From: an uncultured Flavobacteriales bacterium
Lineage (GTDB): Bacteria; Bacteroidota; Bacteroidia; Flavobacteriales; UBA1820
Length of the DNA stretch: 64,000 nt
Direction: 5' to 3'
Assembly: GCA_902478645.1 (NCBI GenBank)
Contig: CABSLV010000005.1
Coordinates: forward strand, 20,892 to 84,891
In this document: positions 17,975 to 27,308 of the stretch, piece after piece
Position numbering within the stretch: the first letter of the stretch is position 1
Layout of the letters: the number at the start of each line of letters is the position of its first letter
Program-made: the position numbers and the translations under genes
Notes under the pieces: generated by a model
Told to the model about the DNA's origin: nothing
The model's database searches: none
Seen by the model: the letters and a program-made list of their open reading frames with translations, nothing else

Positions 17975-18721
17975 TCAGAAATTGGGGGTAAAGGTTTTCT
18001 TTTCGTAGAATTTGCCGATGGCCGCCACGACCTCGTCCGGAGTGTCCACCAGAGAGATCAGGTCGAGGTCTTCGGGAGCGATCATTCCCTCGGTCACCAA
18101 GCGTTCGCGGATCCAGTCGAGCAGCCCGCCCCAATACTCGGATCCCACCATGACGATGGGATACAGGGTCGATTTGCCGGTCTGGATCAAGGTAATGGCC
18201 TCGAAGAGTTCATCGAGCGTACCGAAACCTCCGGGCATCACTACAAAGGCCTGCGCATACTTGACGAACATCACCTTACGGACAAAAAAGTGGCTGAAAT
18301 ACACATTTTTGTCCTTGTCGATAAAGGGGTTCGAATTTTGTTCGTGCGGCAGTTCGATGTTCATCCCGCAGGAAGTTCCTCCTCCGAAGTACGCGCCTTT
18401 GTTGGCCGCCTCCATGATACCCGGGCCTCCACCGGTGATAATACCGAAGCCCAGTCCGGTCAACCGGTAGGCGATCTGCTCGGCCAACCGGTAGTATTTC
18501 GTGCCGGGCTTGATGCGCGCCGAACCGAAAATGGACACGCAGGGCCCGATGCGCGCCATGATGTCGAAACCGCTGACGAATTCGCTCATCACCTTGAAGA
18601 TGGACCACGAATCGTTCGTCTTGATGTCGTTCCACGTATGGGGTTTGAAATCGTTGCGGATCTGCTGTTCGATCTCGCTCACCGAGGTCCCTGCTACGGG
18701 AAGGTTTTCTTCTTTTTCCAT
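17975..18721 (-). CDS. LOG family (TIGR00730) nucleotide 5'-monophosphate nucleosidase
   Basis: GGGPGIMEAANKGA and PGGFGTLDELFE motifs. Confidence 0.9.
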   Translation of the reverse strand: MEKEENLPVAGTSVSEIEQQIRNDFKPHTWNDIKTNDSWSIFKVMSEFVSGFDIMARIGPCVSIFGSARIKPGTKYYRLAEQIAYRLTGLGFGIITGGGPGIMEAANKGAYFGGGTSCGMNIELPHEQNSNPFIDKDKNVYFSHFFVRKVMFVKYAQAFVVMPGGFGTLDELFEAITLIQTGKSTLYPIVMVGSEYWGGLLDWIRERLVTEGMIAPEDLDLISLVDTPDEVVAAIGKFYEKKTFTPNF

Positions 18722-18730
18722 GACTTATGT

Positions 18731-19813
18731 TTACGGTTTTTCGTTTTCAGAGGCTGTTTTGTCTTCCCGATCGACAGGAACGATGGTCAGGAGTGCCGTA
18801 ATGCCGTTGTGGTCGCTGGCATCGCTGCGCAAGGTGGAAAACTTCGCCGGACGGAACATCTGCTCGTCCGCCAGGATGAAGTCGATGCGCAGGGGATAGA
18901 GTTTGATGGCCCGGAACGTCCGCCCGAAACCGAAACCGGCCTGGGAGAAAGCGTCCGTCAAGTCATCGCCCGCAATGGTAAGGAAGGCATAGGAAAACGG
19001 GGTGTTGTTGAAGTCGCCGGCTACGACACACGGGTAGGGACTGGCATCGATGCTCGCCCGCAGCGTCTCCACCTGGGACTGCTGGCGGATAAATCCGGTG
19101 TTGAGACGTCCCAAAAGCCCCTTGGCCCGATCCTTGAGCTGATCCGACGACAGGGAGGTCAGTTCGTTCACCTCGTCGGCACTGATGCCCAACGACTGCA
19201 GATGCACGCTGTACACCCGCACCACCCGTCCCTCGGGAAGGCGGATATCGGCATACACGGCGTTGTTCTGCGTACGGGGAAAATCCAGATTGCCGGTGCC
19301 TACGATGGGATATTTGGAAAAAACGGCATCGCAATACCACCCGTGCGGTTGCACGTAGGAATACCGGTAGGCCGACATGTCGCACTTGCCACGGGCATAC
19401 TCCTGAAAGCACACCACATCGGGAGTATAACGGGCCACCTCACGGGCGATCTTTTCGGCGGGAGACTCTCCTGCTGCTTCCTGCTTGTAACAAAACCCGT
19501 GGACATTATAACTGACGATGCGCAAAGTATCGGCATCGGACACCTTCTCCCCTCCGCCCAAGGCAAACGCGTGTCCCAGTTGTCCCCAGCCTACCACCAA
19601 TGCCAGGATGGAATACAAGGCAAACGGATTGAGACGGATGACCCAAAACAGAGCGAAAAGCACATTGACGATGATCAGAAACGGGGCGAGCAACCCTGCC
19701 ACAGAGATATACGGAAGGCTTTCGGGCGGAAAATGCGAGCAGAGGAACACGGCGGCCAAAGCCAGCGCGCAGAGAAGATTGACCGTTTTGATCACCCAGT
19801 TGATTATAAGCAT
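18731..19813 (-). CDS. Endonuclease/exonuclease/phosphatase (EEP) family membrane protein
   Basis: N-terminal TM helices, then LRIVSYNVHGF...VCFQE...SDHNGI EEP motifs. Confidence 0.8.
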   Translation of the reverse strand: MLIINWVIKTVNLLCALALAAVFLCSHFPPESLPYISVAGLLAPFLIIVNVLFALFWVIRLNPFALYSILALVVGWGQLGHAFALGGGEKVSDADTLRIVSYNVHGFCYKQEAAGESPAEKIAREVARYTPDVVCFQEYARGKCDMSAYRYSYVQPHGWYCDAVFSKYPIVGTGNLDFPRTQNNAVYADIRLPEGRVVRVYSVHLQSLGISADEVNELTSLSSDQLKDRAKGLLGRLNTGFIRQQSQVETLRASIDASPYPCVVAGDFNNTPFSYAFLTIAGDDLTDAFSQAGFGFGRTFRAIKLYPLRIDFILADEQMFRPAKFSTLRSDASDHNGITALLTIVPVDREDKTASENEKP

Positions 19814-19959
19814 TTTTCCGTGTGCTTTTCCGCTATTTCCCTCCTTACGGTAGAAAGTTGCAATTTATAAAAAAAATACATACTCCCGGCCTCCCCCGGG
19901 AGCGATTTCGGTAGGAAATAAAGTTGACAACCCCCGAGGGGAACTTCCCGCTTTTACCG

Positions 19960-19967
19960 TACCTTTG
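19960..19967 (+). promoter_or_regulatory. -7 promoter box TACCTTTG upstream of the EamA transporter
   Basis: TAnnTTTG 33 nt upstream of the ATG at 20001. Confidence 0.55.
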
Positions 19968-20000
19968 CACTCGTAAAATTTGTTCGATCCAAAAAAAACG

Positions 20001-20957
20001 ATGGCTTATCCTACCTTAAAGACAGACAACGCAAAAGGCGTATTTTTCGGACTGTTCGCAGCCGTTACCTTCGGGTTTCTGCCGTTCTTTTCCATCCCCC
20101 TGATGGCGGACGGGATGACAGTTTCGTCACTGCTCTTTTACCGGTTCGTGGTAGCAGCCGGAGTCATGACCCTCGTGGTACTGATAAGACGGATAAACCT
20201 GCGCATCACCCGCCGGCAATTTTTCATTCTGCTGGGACTGGCCGCCATGTACGTAGCTTCGGCCACCGGACTGGTACATTCGTACATGTATATTCCCAGC
20301 GGAGTATCTACCACAATCCACTTCATCTACCCGGTGATCGTTACCTGTGCGATGATCTTCTTTTTCCACGAGCGCCGCTCCAAGACCATCTTCACTGCCA
20401 TGGGAATGGCCATCGCAGGGGTAGCCCTGCTGTGCTGGACACCGGGCGGAACCCTCGACGTTCGGGGACTGGCCTGGGCCGGATCGACCATTTTCTGGTA
20501 TGCCTCGTACCTGATCATCGTCAACCGCTCCTCGGTGAGCGAGTTGGCCAGCATGACGATGATGTTCTACATCTTCGTGTTGGGCGCCGTCCTGTTTGCC
20601 CTGACCACCCTGGCCGAAGGCGGCCTGCAACCGGTGCGCTCGGTTTACCAGTGGAAAATGCTCGCCGGAGTCGCCCTGCTGGCTACCGTCATCCCGAACG
20701 TCGCCCTGCTCAAGGCGGTAAAGAATTCCGGAGCCGTCGTTACCTCCATCCTGGGATCGGCCGAACCGCTGACCGCCATGCTGGTGGGCATCCTGTATTT
20801 CGGCGAGCCGTTCACCAGCCGCACCCTGCTGGGATTCGTCCTGGTAGTCTGCGCCGTGGTACTGGTGATCCTGAACAAAAACCGGGAAAACAACCCCTTT
20901 GTCCGCCTGAGAAAATACTTCAGTCTGCAAAAACAGAGAGGACATTTAAAAACATAA
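20001..20957 (+). CDS. EamA/DMT family transporter
   Basis: 10-TM-like profile with two EamA halves. Confidence 0.8.
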   Translation: MAYPTLKTDNAKGVFFGLFAAVTFGFLPFFSIPLMADGMTVSSLLFYRFVVAAGVMTLVVLIRRINLRITRRQFFILLGLAAMYVASATGLVHSYMYIPSGVSTTIHFIYPVIVTCAMIFFFHERRSKTIFTAMGMAIAGVALLCWTPGGTLDVRGLAWAGSTIFWYASYLIIVNRSSVSELASMTMMFYIFVLGAVLFALTTLAEGGLQPVRSVYQWKMLAGVALLATVIPNVALLKAVKNSGAVVTSILGSAEPLTAMLVGILYFGEPFTSRTLLGFVLVVCAVVLVILNKNRENNPFVRLRKYFSLQKQRGHLKT

Positions 20958-20979
20958 TTTTTTATCCTATCAACAAAAT

Positions 20980-22455
20980 ATGACGCATCTTATTTTTCTC
21001 TCTGCCCTACTGTTGCTCATCAGTATTGTTTTGAGCAAGACTTCCCATAAATTCGGCACACCGTCCCTGCTCCTGTTTTTGATCACGGGAATGCTGGCTG
21101 GTTCGGAAGGCATCGGAGGCATCGAATTCGACGACTATCAATTTGCCCAATTCGTGGGCAATATCGCCTTGATCTTCATCATATATTCAGGTGGACTAGA
21201 AACTAAGTTTTCCACCATCCGTCCCGTATTGACCGAAGGCATTATTTTGTCTACACTGGGTGTTTTGCTGTCAGTTTTCGCTGTGGGAGGATTCGTGTAT
21301 TTGGTAACTGATTTTTCCTTGTTAGTCTCTCTGCTTATCGGGGCGATCGTCTCCTCCACCGACGCAGCGGCCGTGTTCGGCGTATTCCGAAGCCGGAAAA
21401 TGGGGCTCAAACACAACCTGCGCCCGCTGCTGGAGTTGGAAAGCGGCTCGAACGACCCGATGGCCTACATCATGACCACCACGTTCATCTACCTGATCCA
21501 GGAACCCAATACCTCCTTTGCCACCATCGGGTGGATGCTGGTGCGCTCCATCGTCCTGGGCTCCATCGCCGGGTGGGCCTTCGGAAAAGCCTCGCTGTGG
21601 GTGATCAACCGTATCAAACTGGACACCGACGGACTGTACCCGGTGCTGATGATGGCCACTACACTGCTCACCTTTGCCGCAACGGACCTGACCGGGGGCA
21701 ACGGTTTCCTGGCCATCTACATCTCGGCCATCATCCTGGGCAACAGCAACTTCGTACACAAACGCAGCCTGATGCAGTTCAACGACGGTCTGGCCTGGCT
21801 GATGCAGGTGGTGATGTTCCTCATGCTGGGACTGCTGGTCTATCCCTCGGAGATCGTCCCGGTGATCGGCATCGGGATCGTCATCTCGTTCTTCATGATC
21901 CTGGTAGCCCGTCCGGTAGTCGTGTTTATCCTGATGGCTTTCTCCAAGTTTTCGGCCCGCGACAAGATCTTCATCTCCTGGGGAGGGTTGCGCGGAGCGG
22001 TGCCCATCGTCTTTGCTTCCTACGCATTGGTATCGGGCGTACCGCAGGCCAATACGATCTTCAACATCGTGTTCTTTATCTCGATCTCCTCGGTACTCAT
22101 CCAAGGGACTTCGCTGCCGCTGATGGCGCGCTGGCTGCGGCTCGACCTGCCGGGCAGCGACGCCCGCCAGCACCCGCTGGACTACGAGACCTCCGAGAGT
22201 TTCAAGAGCGAACTGGTCGAGGTAACGGCCCGCCCCGGCTCCTTTATCGTGGACAAGAAAGTGGTGGACCTGAAGATCCCCCACTCGGTGATGATCATCC
22301 TGGTGTATCGGGACGGGAAATACTTTGCTCCGAACGGTTCGACGGTCATCGAACAGGGCGACATCCTGACCTTGATGTCCGAAAGCCAGACGGACGTAGA
22401 ACGTGTTCGCTCACTGTGCCAAAGAACCCCCTCGGAGCCAGCGGAAAAGGATTAA
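20980..22455 (+). CDS. K+/H+ antiporter (CPA1, NhaP2-type) with C-terminal TrkA_C domain
   Basis: 491 aa. The Na_H exchanger core (ESGSNDPMAY) is followed by a VVDLKIPHSVMIILVYRDGKYFAPNGSTVIEQGDILTLM TrkA_C-like end. Confidence 0.9.
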   Translation: MTHLIFLSALLLLISIVLSKTSHKFGTPSLLLFLITGMLAGSEGIGGIEFDDYQFAQFVGNIALIFIIYSGGLETKFSTIRPVLTEGIILSTLGVLLSVFAVGGFVYLVTDFSLLVSLLIGAIVSSTDAAAVFGVFRSRKMGLKHNLRPLLELESGSNDPMAYIMTTTFIYLIQEPNTSFATIGWMLVRSIVLGSIAGWAFGKASLWVINRIKLDTDGLYPVLMMATTLLTFAATDLTGGNGFLAIYISAIILGNSNFVHKRSLMQFNDGLAWLMQVVMFLMLGLLVYPSEIVPVIGIGIVISFFMILVARPVVVFILMAFSKFSARDKIFISWGGLRGAVPIVFASYALVSGVPQANTIFNIVFFISISSVLIQGTSLPLMARWLRLDLPGSDARQHPLDYETSESFKSELVEVTARPGSFIVDKKVVDLKIPHSVMIILVYRDGKYFAPNGSTVIEQGDILTLMSESQTDVERVRSLCQRTPSEPAEKD

Positions 22456-22557
22456 AGAAAATGCAACGAATCCTATCCCCTCGCTCTTTTTCCTGTTCCC
22501 GAAAAGAACATTTAACGCATACACCGAAAAAAACACGATTTTTTATCGATTAATTCA

Positions 22558-22565
22558 TACATTTG
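22558..22565 (+). promoter_or_regulatory. -7 promoter box TACATTTG upstream of the PCMD-like lipoprotein gene
   Basis: TAnnTTTG 19 nt upstream of the ATG at 22584. Confidence 0.5.
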
Positions 22566-22583
22566 CTGCGCTTTATCAAACTC

Positions 22584-23720
22584 ATGAAAAACCGACTCAT
22601 GTCCACATTCAACAAACTCTTCGTCCTGGCCGCAGCCTGTTCCCTCGCTTTTTCCTGCGAAAAAGTGAACAAATTGAACGACCGGACGAGCATCGACAGC
22701 TTTATCGTCACCGCCGCTTCCAGCGGTGTCAAGGTGAAAAGCGTGGAGATCATCCCTTCGGACAATCCGGACGACAACCGGATCGTGATAACCACCGACG
22801 CTACCAACACGGACTATCCGTATTCGGTGCTGGTCGAACCCACCTTCTCGGGCGCAGAAAAGATCTTTTACATTCCTACCCTCTCGGGTAGCGAAAGCCA
22901 GGAGTGGGATTTCATGTCCCCGCTCACCTTCACCTACGGACAGACCTACCGGTTTGTCCTGATCGCCGAAAGCGGACTGGTCAATACCTACACCATCTCG
23001 CTCTCGGACAACGCCACCGGCGGAGGCGACTACCTGGAAGAGTTGTTCCAGATACCCAACAGCGACTTCGAGCAGTGGATCAACACCAACACCAACAAGG
23101 TCAACCTCAACCCGACCTCCATCGAAGGCAACAACTACTGGTGCACGGCCAACAACTATTTCGTACAGGGCACCCTGCCGGCCAGCGGTCCCAACGGACT
23201 TTGCGCCCAGATGACGACCAAGAAAGTCGACTTCGTTTACCGCACCATCGCCGCCGGGACCACCTTTACCGGAAACTTCTCCTCGAATGTCAACCTGGAC
23301 AACCCGCGGCAGATGACTTTCTTCGGTTCGCATTTCATCAAACGACCCACCTCGATGACCTTCCGCATGAGCTACAAAGCGGGCGAACAGTTGCAGAAGG
23401 TAGAAAACGGCAACTTCGTCAACCTCTCGGGCAAAGACCGGGGACAGGCCTGGATACAACTGCTCCACTATTCCGGCCAGGGGGAAATGGAATACCACAA
23501 GGATCCGGCCGCCAACATCCAAGTTGTGGGCAACGGCGAACTGGTCATCGACGACACCAACGGCTGGGTGGAAGCGACGATAGACATCACCTATACCGAC
23601 CCGACCACCATTCCGAACTACATCGCCATTGTATTTACCTCGAGCATCCGGGGCGATTACTTCGAAGGCGCACCGGGCAGCGTACTGATGATCGACGATG
23701 TCCGCTTGAACTACGAGTAG
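22584..23720 (+). CDS. PCMD-domain-like surface lipoprotein
   Basis: Lipobox LAFSC. The C-terminal ...GSVLMIDDVRLNYE ending and NSDFEQW region are typical of the putative carbohydrate metabolism domain family. Confidence 0.62.
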   Translation: MKNRLMSTFNKLFVLAAACSLAFSCEKVNKLNDRTSIDSFIVTAASSGVKVKSVEIIPSDNPDDNRIVITTDATNTDYPYSVLVEPTFSGAEKIFYIPTLSGSESQEWDFMSPLTFTYGQTYRFVLIAESGLVNTYTISLSDNATGGGDYLEELFQIPNSDFEQWINTNTNKVNLNPTSIEGNNYWCTANNYFVQGTLPASGPNGLCAQMTTKKVDFVYRTIAAGTTFTGNFSSNVNLDNPRQMTFFGSHFIKRPTSMTFRMSYKAGEQLQKVENGNFVNLSGKDRGQAWIQLLHYSGQGEMEYHKDPAANIQVVGNGELVIDDTNGWVEATIDITYTDPTTIPNYIAIVFTSSIRGDYFEGAPGSVLMIDDVRLNYE

Positions 23721-23750
23721 TCCTTCCTTATTTTCAAACACGAGAAAACC

Positions 23751-24575
23751 ATGAAAACAAAAATATACGCCCTGTTGCTGACCGCCCTGCTGAGCATCCC
23801 CTGCCTGCAGGCCGGGGATATGGAAAAAAGCCTCGCATCCGACACCCCTGAAACGACCGATACCACGGTCTTGAAACGCCGCATTTCCATCGGTGTTTTG
23901 GCCGGGACGGACATCGGAGGGGCCGTTCCCTATCCGTTCAAACATATCCCGGACAAATTCAACCCCTATCCGCAGCTTTCCATCGCTCTGGGAGCCAAGG
24001 TAAACATCCCCTTGAAAGGTAAAAAATGGGGCCTTGGTGCCGAAGTAACCTACAAACGGATTGCACTTGATGCCGATGCACGCGTGGAAAACCAGCGTTT
24101 CGAGGGAAACGACCAGGGAGAAAGGAAAACGCAATATTTCTCGGGAACGGCCGGGATGTCCATGGCATTCAACATGGTAGAGGTTCCTGTCTATGTCCGT
24201 TACGCCTTCACTTCCGGGCAAGGAAGCCATCTGCTGTTCGGTGTTTACGGAGCCTACTACCTCAACAGCCGCTTCAATGTGACCGCCACCAAAGGCTACG
24301 TAGGCAACGAACCCGACGAATTCCGCAATGCGGTTACTCCGGAAGCCCCCATCCACATGGACTTCTCTTCGTCGATGGATTCCTGGGATGCCGGATTGCT
24401 GCTCGGATACGAAAAGAAACTGTTCTCCCGTTTCGACATCGGCCTTCGGGTAACTTTCGGACTGAAGGACATCTTTACCTCGGACAACAAATACTTCGAC
24501 TACAAGATGCTTCAGATGCGCGGAACACTCACTTTGAGCTACGACCTGTTCGTACTCCGTACGCGCGACAAATAA
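23751..24575 (+). CDS. Outer-membrane beta-barrel (PorT/OmpA-like porin family) protein
   Basis: Signal peptide, alternating aromatic/hydrophobic strands, C-terminal ...GTLTLSYDLF-like barrel end. Confidence 0.62.
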   Translation: MKTKIYALLLTALLSIPCLQAGDMEKSLASDTPETTDTTVLKRRISIGVLAGTDIGGAVPYPFKHIPDKFNPYPQLSIALGAKVNIPLKGKKWGLGAEVTYKRIALDADARVENQRFEGNDQGERKTQYFSGTAGMSMAFNMVEVPVYVRYAFTSGQGSHLLFGVYGAYYLNSRFNVTATKGYVGNEPDEFRNAVTPEAPIHMDFSSSMDSWDAGLLLGYEKKLFSRFDIGLRVTFGLKDIFTSDNKYFDYKMLQMRGTLTLSYDLFVLRTRDK

Positions 24576-24619
24576 GTGGGGGCGTCATCCTTTCCGAAAA
24601 CGGATACCGATCCGATATA

Positions 24620-24656
24620 AAAAACCGGGGGAGCATTTCTTGCTCCCCCGGTTTTT
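24620..24656. terminator. Bidirectional intrinsic terminator
   Basis: aaaaaccgggggagca / tttct / tgctcccccggttttt. Perfect 16-nt arms that include the A5/T5 tracts, between convergent genes. Confidence 0.8.
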
Positions 24657-24678
24657 TATAACAACTTCGCCGAAGCCA

Positions 24679-24855
24679 TTACTTCTTGGCAGCGTCGATG
24701 GATTTTGCGCGGAACTCCTTGAACATCTTGGTCAGTTCCAACGAAGCCTTGCGGGCGCGGGTGCCGGCAGCCTTATTGCCTTTTACCACGTTAGCTTCGG
24801 CGTCTTTTACGAAACTATCGATCTGCTCTTTGATTTGATCAAGTAAATTTTTCAT
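24679..24855 (-). CDS. Histone H1-like (HCT-type) small basic DNA-binding protein
   Basis: 58-aa ORF absent from the track: MKNLLDQIKEQIDSFVKDAEANVVKGNKAAGTRARKASLELTKMFKEFRAKSIDAAKK. The KGNKAAGTRARK core is typical of the family. Confidence 0.75.
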   Translation of the reverse strand: MKNLLDQIKEQIDSFVKDAEANVVKGNKAAGTRARKASLELTKMFKEFRAKSIDAAKK

Positions 24856-24955
24856 GTCGAAAACAAATTTTAGGTTATGTATTAAGTGTTAATTGTACTT
24901 CCTGTATTCGCTTTAACGCCTTACAGTCAAAACCATGCGACTTGGTCTTTACCTG

Positions 24956-24963
24956 CAAATATA
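24956..24963 (-). promoter_or_regulatory. -7 promoter box TATATTTG (minus strand) upstream of the H1-like gene
   Basis: caaatata on +, about 100 nt upstream of the ATG at 24855, in an AT-rich intergenic region. Confidence 0.5.
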
Positions 24964-25076
24964 TTCATATTTCCAAATAAGCGGAAATATTATTGTTAAA
25001 AATTCCTACCGGTTTTCTTTTTTAACACATTGCCCGAGAACGCACTACCGTTTCGTTTCCGACAAAAAAACACTTT

Positions 25077-25475
25077 TTACAGCACCCACGGGAAGCGAAA
25101 ACAAGCCTCGTCGTACAGACAATAATCGGCCGTTCCGTTCACCGCAAAGGTCTTGACCGTGGCCGCCTCGGCGAGCAATTCCTTCGCATAACGGACCGTC
25201 GTTCCGGTCTTGATCCGGTCTTCGACCAGCAGCACCCGCTTGCCTGCAAAGTCGAAATCGATCGGGCGGAGCAACTTCGGCCGATCGTACAACTTGTTCT
25301 GGCATTCGTCGCGGAGGTTGAGCCGCAGCAAATACACCGGCAAGCCCAACTTGCGGCACAAGATCCCCGCCGGGAGGATTCCTCCGTCGGCTATGGCCAC
25401 GATCATGTCGAACGGTTCGTCGATGCGCAAGGCGCGGAAGCGCTCCATCACCTGCTCAAAAGGTTTGGTTTCCAT
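25077..25475 (-). CDS. Phosphoribosyltransferase (type I PRT fold)
   Basis: PRPP loop VLLVEDRIKTGTT. 132 aa from the internal Met METKPF. Confidence 0.75.
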   Translation of the reverse strand: METKPFEQVMERFRALRIDEPFDMIVAIADGGILPAGILCRKLGLPVYLLRLNLRDECQNKLYDRPKLLRPIDFDFAGKRVLLVEDRIKTGTTVRYAKELLAEAATVKTFAVNGTADYCLYDEACFRFPWVL

Positions 25476-25550
25476 CGTCGTATTTCCTTGTTTTCTCTTT
25501 TTGTTTCTCTTTCTCTTCGGGACACCCCCGCGTTTTCCTTTTCGTTTCTC
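25476..25550 (-). other. Polypurine (GA-rich) 5' leader upstream of the PRT gene
   Basis: Minus-sense ...GAGAAACGAAAAGGAAAACGCGGGGGTGTCCCGAAGAGAAAGAGAAACAAAAAGAGAAAACAAGGAAATACGACG-ATG. Confidence 0.6.
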
Positions 25551-25584
25551 GCGCTCGGTCGGAGTGCCGTTCCGGAGTCCGAAA

Positions 25585-26679
25585 TCAATCCTGCGCAAAG
25601 TACTCGGCCAAGGGTGCTACGGCCGAGAGCTTTCTCTCGGTCTCGTCCCACTCCTGCACCGGATCGCTGTCCGAGAGGATGCCGCCTCCGGCATAGAGGA
25701 GCAATTCCCCTTTCCGAGCCTGCATGCAGCGGATATTGACGTAGAGTTCCGCCGACTTTTCCCCCGCGAGGTTCAACTCGCCGAGATAGCCGCCGTAAAA
25801 CTCCCGCGGGTATCCCTCGTAGTGACGGATAAACTCCATCGCCTCCCGACGCGGATACCCGCACAAGGCCGGAGTAGGCGCCAGATTGCGCAACAGGGTG
25901 TTCATGTCCAGTTCGTCGGTAGCCTGAGCTTCGATCCGGCTGCACAGATGCACCACCGGCCCGGCCGACTGGTTGCCCGGGGTGGAGACACTCACCGTAG
26001 CCGCACCGCTGCGCTCCAACGCATCCTTGATAAATACGCTGACGATGGCCTGTTCCTCCACGTTTTTCCGATCCCATCGGTACATCCGGTCGCCCTGGTA
26101 GGGCAAGGTTCCGGCCAGAGCCATGCTGCGCAACTGTTTTCCGCGCCGAAGCAGCAGCAACTCGGGCGATGCACCGAACCAGCGGCCTATCCGGGGATGC
26201 GAAAAACAGTACACGAACGCCTCGGGATACTGCACGGCCAGCGCCGAGAACAACCCCGCTGCATCGACCCGGGAACACGGCAAGGCTACGCGCCGCGAGA
26301 CCACGACCTTTTCCAGCGTGCCTTGCTGCAAAGCATCCTTGGCCCGGCCGACGAGCTCGACATAGTGTTCCCGATCCTCTTCCCCCCAGCGGTACACGCC
26401 TTCCGTCTGCCGGGGCAGATTTTCTGCAACCGGAAGGGAGGACATCGGGAATTCGGCTACCGCTCCGGGGCGCAACAAGACCGAAGGTACGCTCTCACTG
26501 GCAAACGGAGCAAAGACAAAACCCCGGTCGGCGTTGGCATTTTCCACCACATGAAGATCCTCGCTGCGGTCGATCAACACCTTGACCGTATCTTCTCCCG
26601 GCAACCGATACACGGCAAAGGGGAAACTTCCCTTGGCCAGGATTTTCATCACCGCCGTAAAATCTGCTTTTGCACTCAT
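25585..26679 (-). CDS. menF: Isochorismate synthase
   Basis: Chorismate-binding C-terminus: YGGYLGEL...NIRCMQ...LYAGGGILSDSDPVQEWDETERK. Confidence 0.85.
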   Translation of the reverse strand: MSAKADFTAVMKILAKGSFPFAVYRLPGEDTVKVLIDRSEDLHVVENANADRGFVFAPFASESVPSVLLRPGAVAEFPMSSLPVAENLPRQTEGVYRWGEEDREHYVELVGRAKDALQQGTLEKVVVSRRVALPCSRVDAAGLFSALAVQYPEAFVYCFSHPRIGRWFGASPELLLLRRGKQLRSMALAGTLPYQGDRMYRWDRKNVEEQAIVSVFIKDALERSGAATVSVSTPGNQSAGPVVHLCSRIEAQATDELDMNTLLRNLAPTPALCGYPRREAMEFIRHYEGYPREFYGGYLGELNLAGEKSAELYVNIRCMQARKGELLLYAGGGILSDSDPVQEWDETERKLSAVAPLAEYFAQD

Positions 26680-26683
26680 CTTA

Positions 26684-27133
26684 TTATTCCTTCTTTTTAA
26701 GGCCGTTCTCCGCCGCACTCTTGGGCAGGATGACGTTGGTTACCTTTCCCACCGAGACCAGCCGTCCGTCCTGTGCCCGGACTTCCACTTGCCACAACTG
26801 CGTGGTACGTCCCACATGTACCGCACGGGCGGTAGCGGTGAGCAGGTCGCCCTCCCTTCCGGGACTCAGGTGCGAAGCCGAGACGTCGATCCCGAGTACG
26901 ATCTCCCGCTCCGGATCCAGAAAAAGGTACGAACCGGAACTTCCGGCCGTCTCCAGCAGCGCCATCGTCGCCCCTCCATGCAGAAAGCCTTCGGTGCGCA
27001 GATGCAGCTGCGTTACTTTCATCGTGCAGGCGATCCAGTCCTCTCCCACCGCCGTGTAGCGGATGCCGAGGGTCTCCATCAGCGTTCCGGGGCAGATGGC
27101 GTTCATCCGGGATAGGATCTGCTCTTGGCTCAA
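26684..27133 (-). CDS. PaaI/DHNA-CoA-type hotdog thioesterase
   Basis: TLMETLGIRYT...HLRTEGFLHGGATMALLETAGS. The start is uncertain (TTG at 27133 or ATG at 27106). Lies adjacent to menF. Confidence 0.8.
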   Translation of the reverse strand: MSQEQILSRMNAICPGTLMETLGIRYTAVGEDWIACTMKVTQLHLRTEGFLHGGATMALLETAGSSGSYLFLDPEREIVLGIDVSASHLSPGREGDLLTATARAVHVGRTTQLWQVEVRAQDGRLVSVGKVTNVILPKSAAENGLKKKE

Positions 27134-27304
27134 TTTTATTCTTTCTCTCACAACGTTCGTTTTTTCTCGTCCAATGATAATTGTTTCCAGCGCCTGTTTT
27201 TCCGTTTTCCCTATCGGGTCTCCGTCCTGCCTTGTCCAGCCCTCTCTTCTTTCTTTCCTCTCCCCTTTCTCCTCCTTCCCTTTCCCGGGAGCCTCGCTTC
27301 CGGC
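27134..27304 (-). other. Polypurine (GA-rich) leader/intergenic tract between the MBL gene and the thioesterase gene
   Basis: Minus-sense GGCTCCCGGGAAAGGGAAGGAGGAGAAAGGGGAGAGGAAAGAAAGAAGAGAGGG..., starting right after the MBL stop. Confidence 0.6.
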
Positions 27305-27308
27305 CCTG

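Noticed and set aside
17723-19870. 715-aa plus-strand ORF spanning the LOG and EEP genes in antisense
   Set aside because: It has no recognisable motifs and begins inside the polypyrimidine tract. Both sense-strand genes have clear family signatures.
22512-24356. 614-aa minus-strand ORF antisense to the PCMD-like and beta-barrel genes
   Set aside because: It crosses an intergenic region and two well-formed sense genes that have signal peptides. Its composition is atypical (Gly, Val, Asp, Arg and His runs).
24640-24846. 68-aa plus-strand ORF
   Set aside because: It is the codon-aligned antisense of the histone-H1-like gene and starts inside the terminator hairpin.
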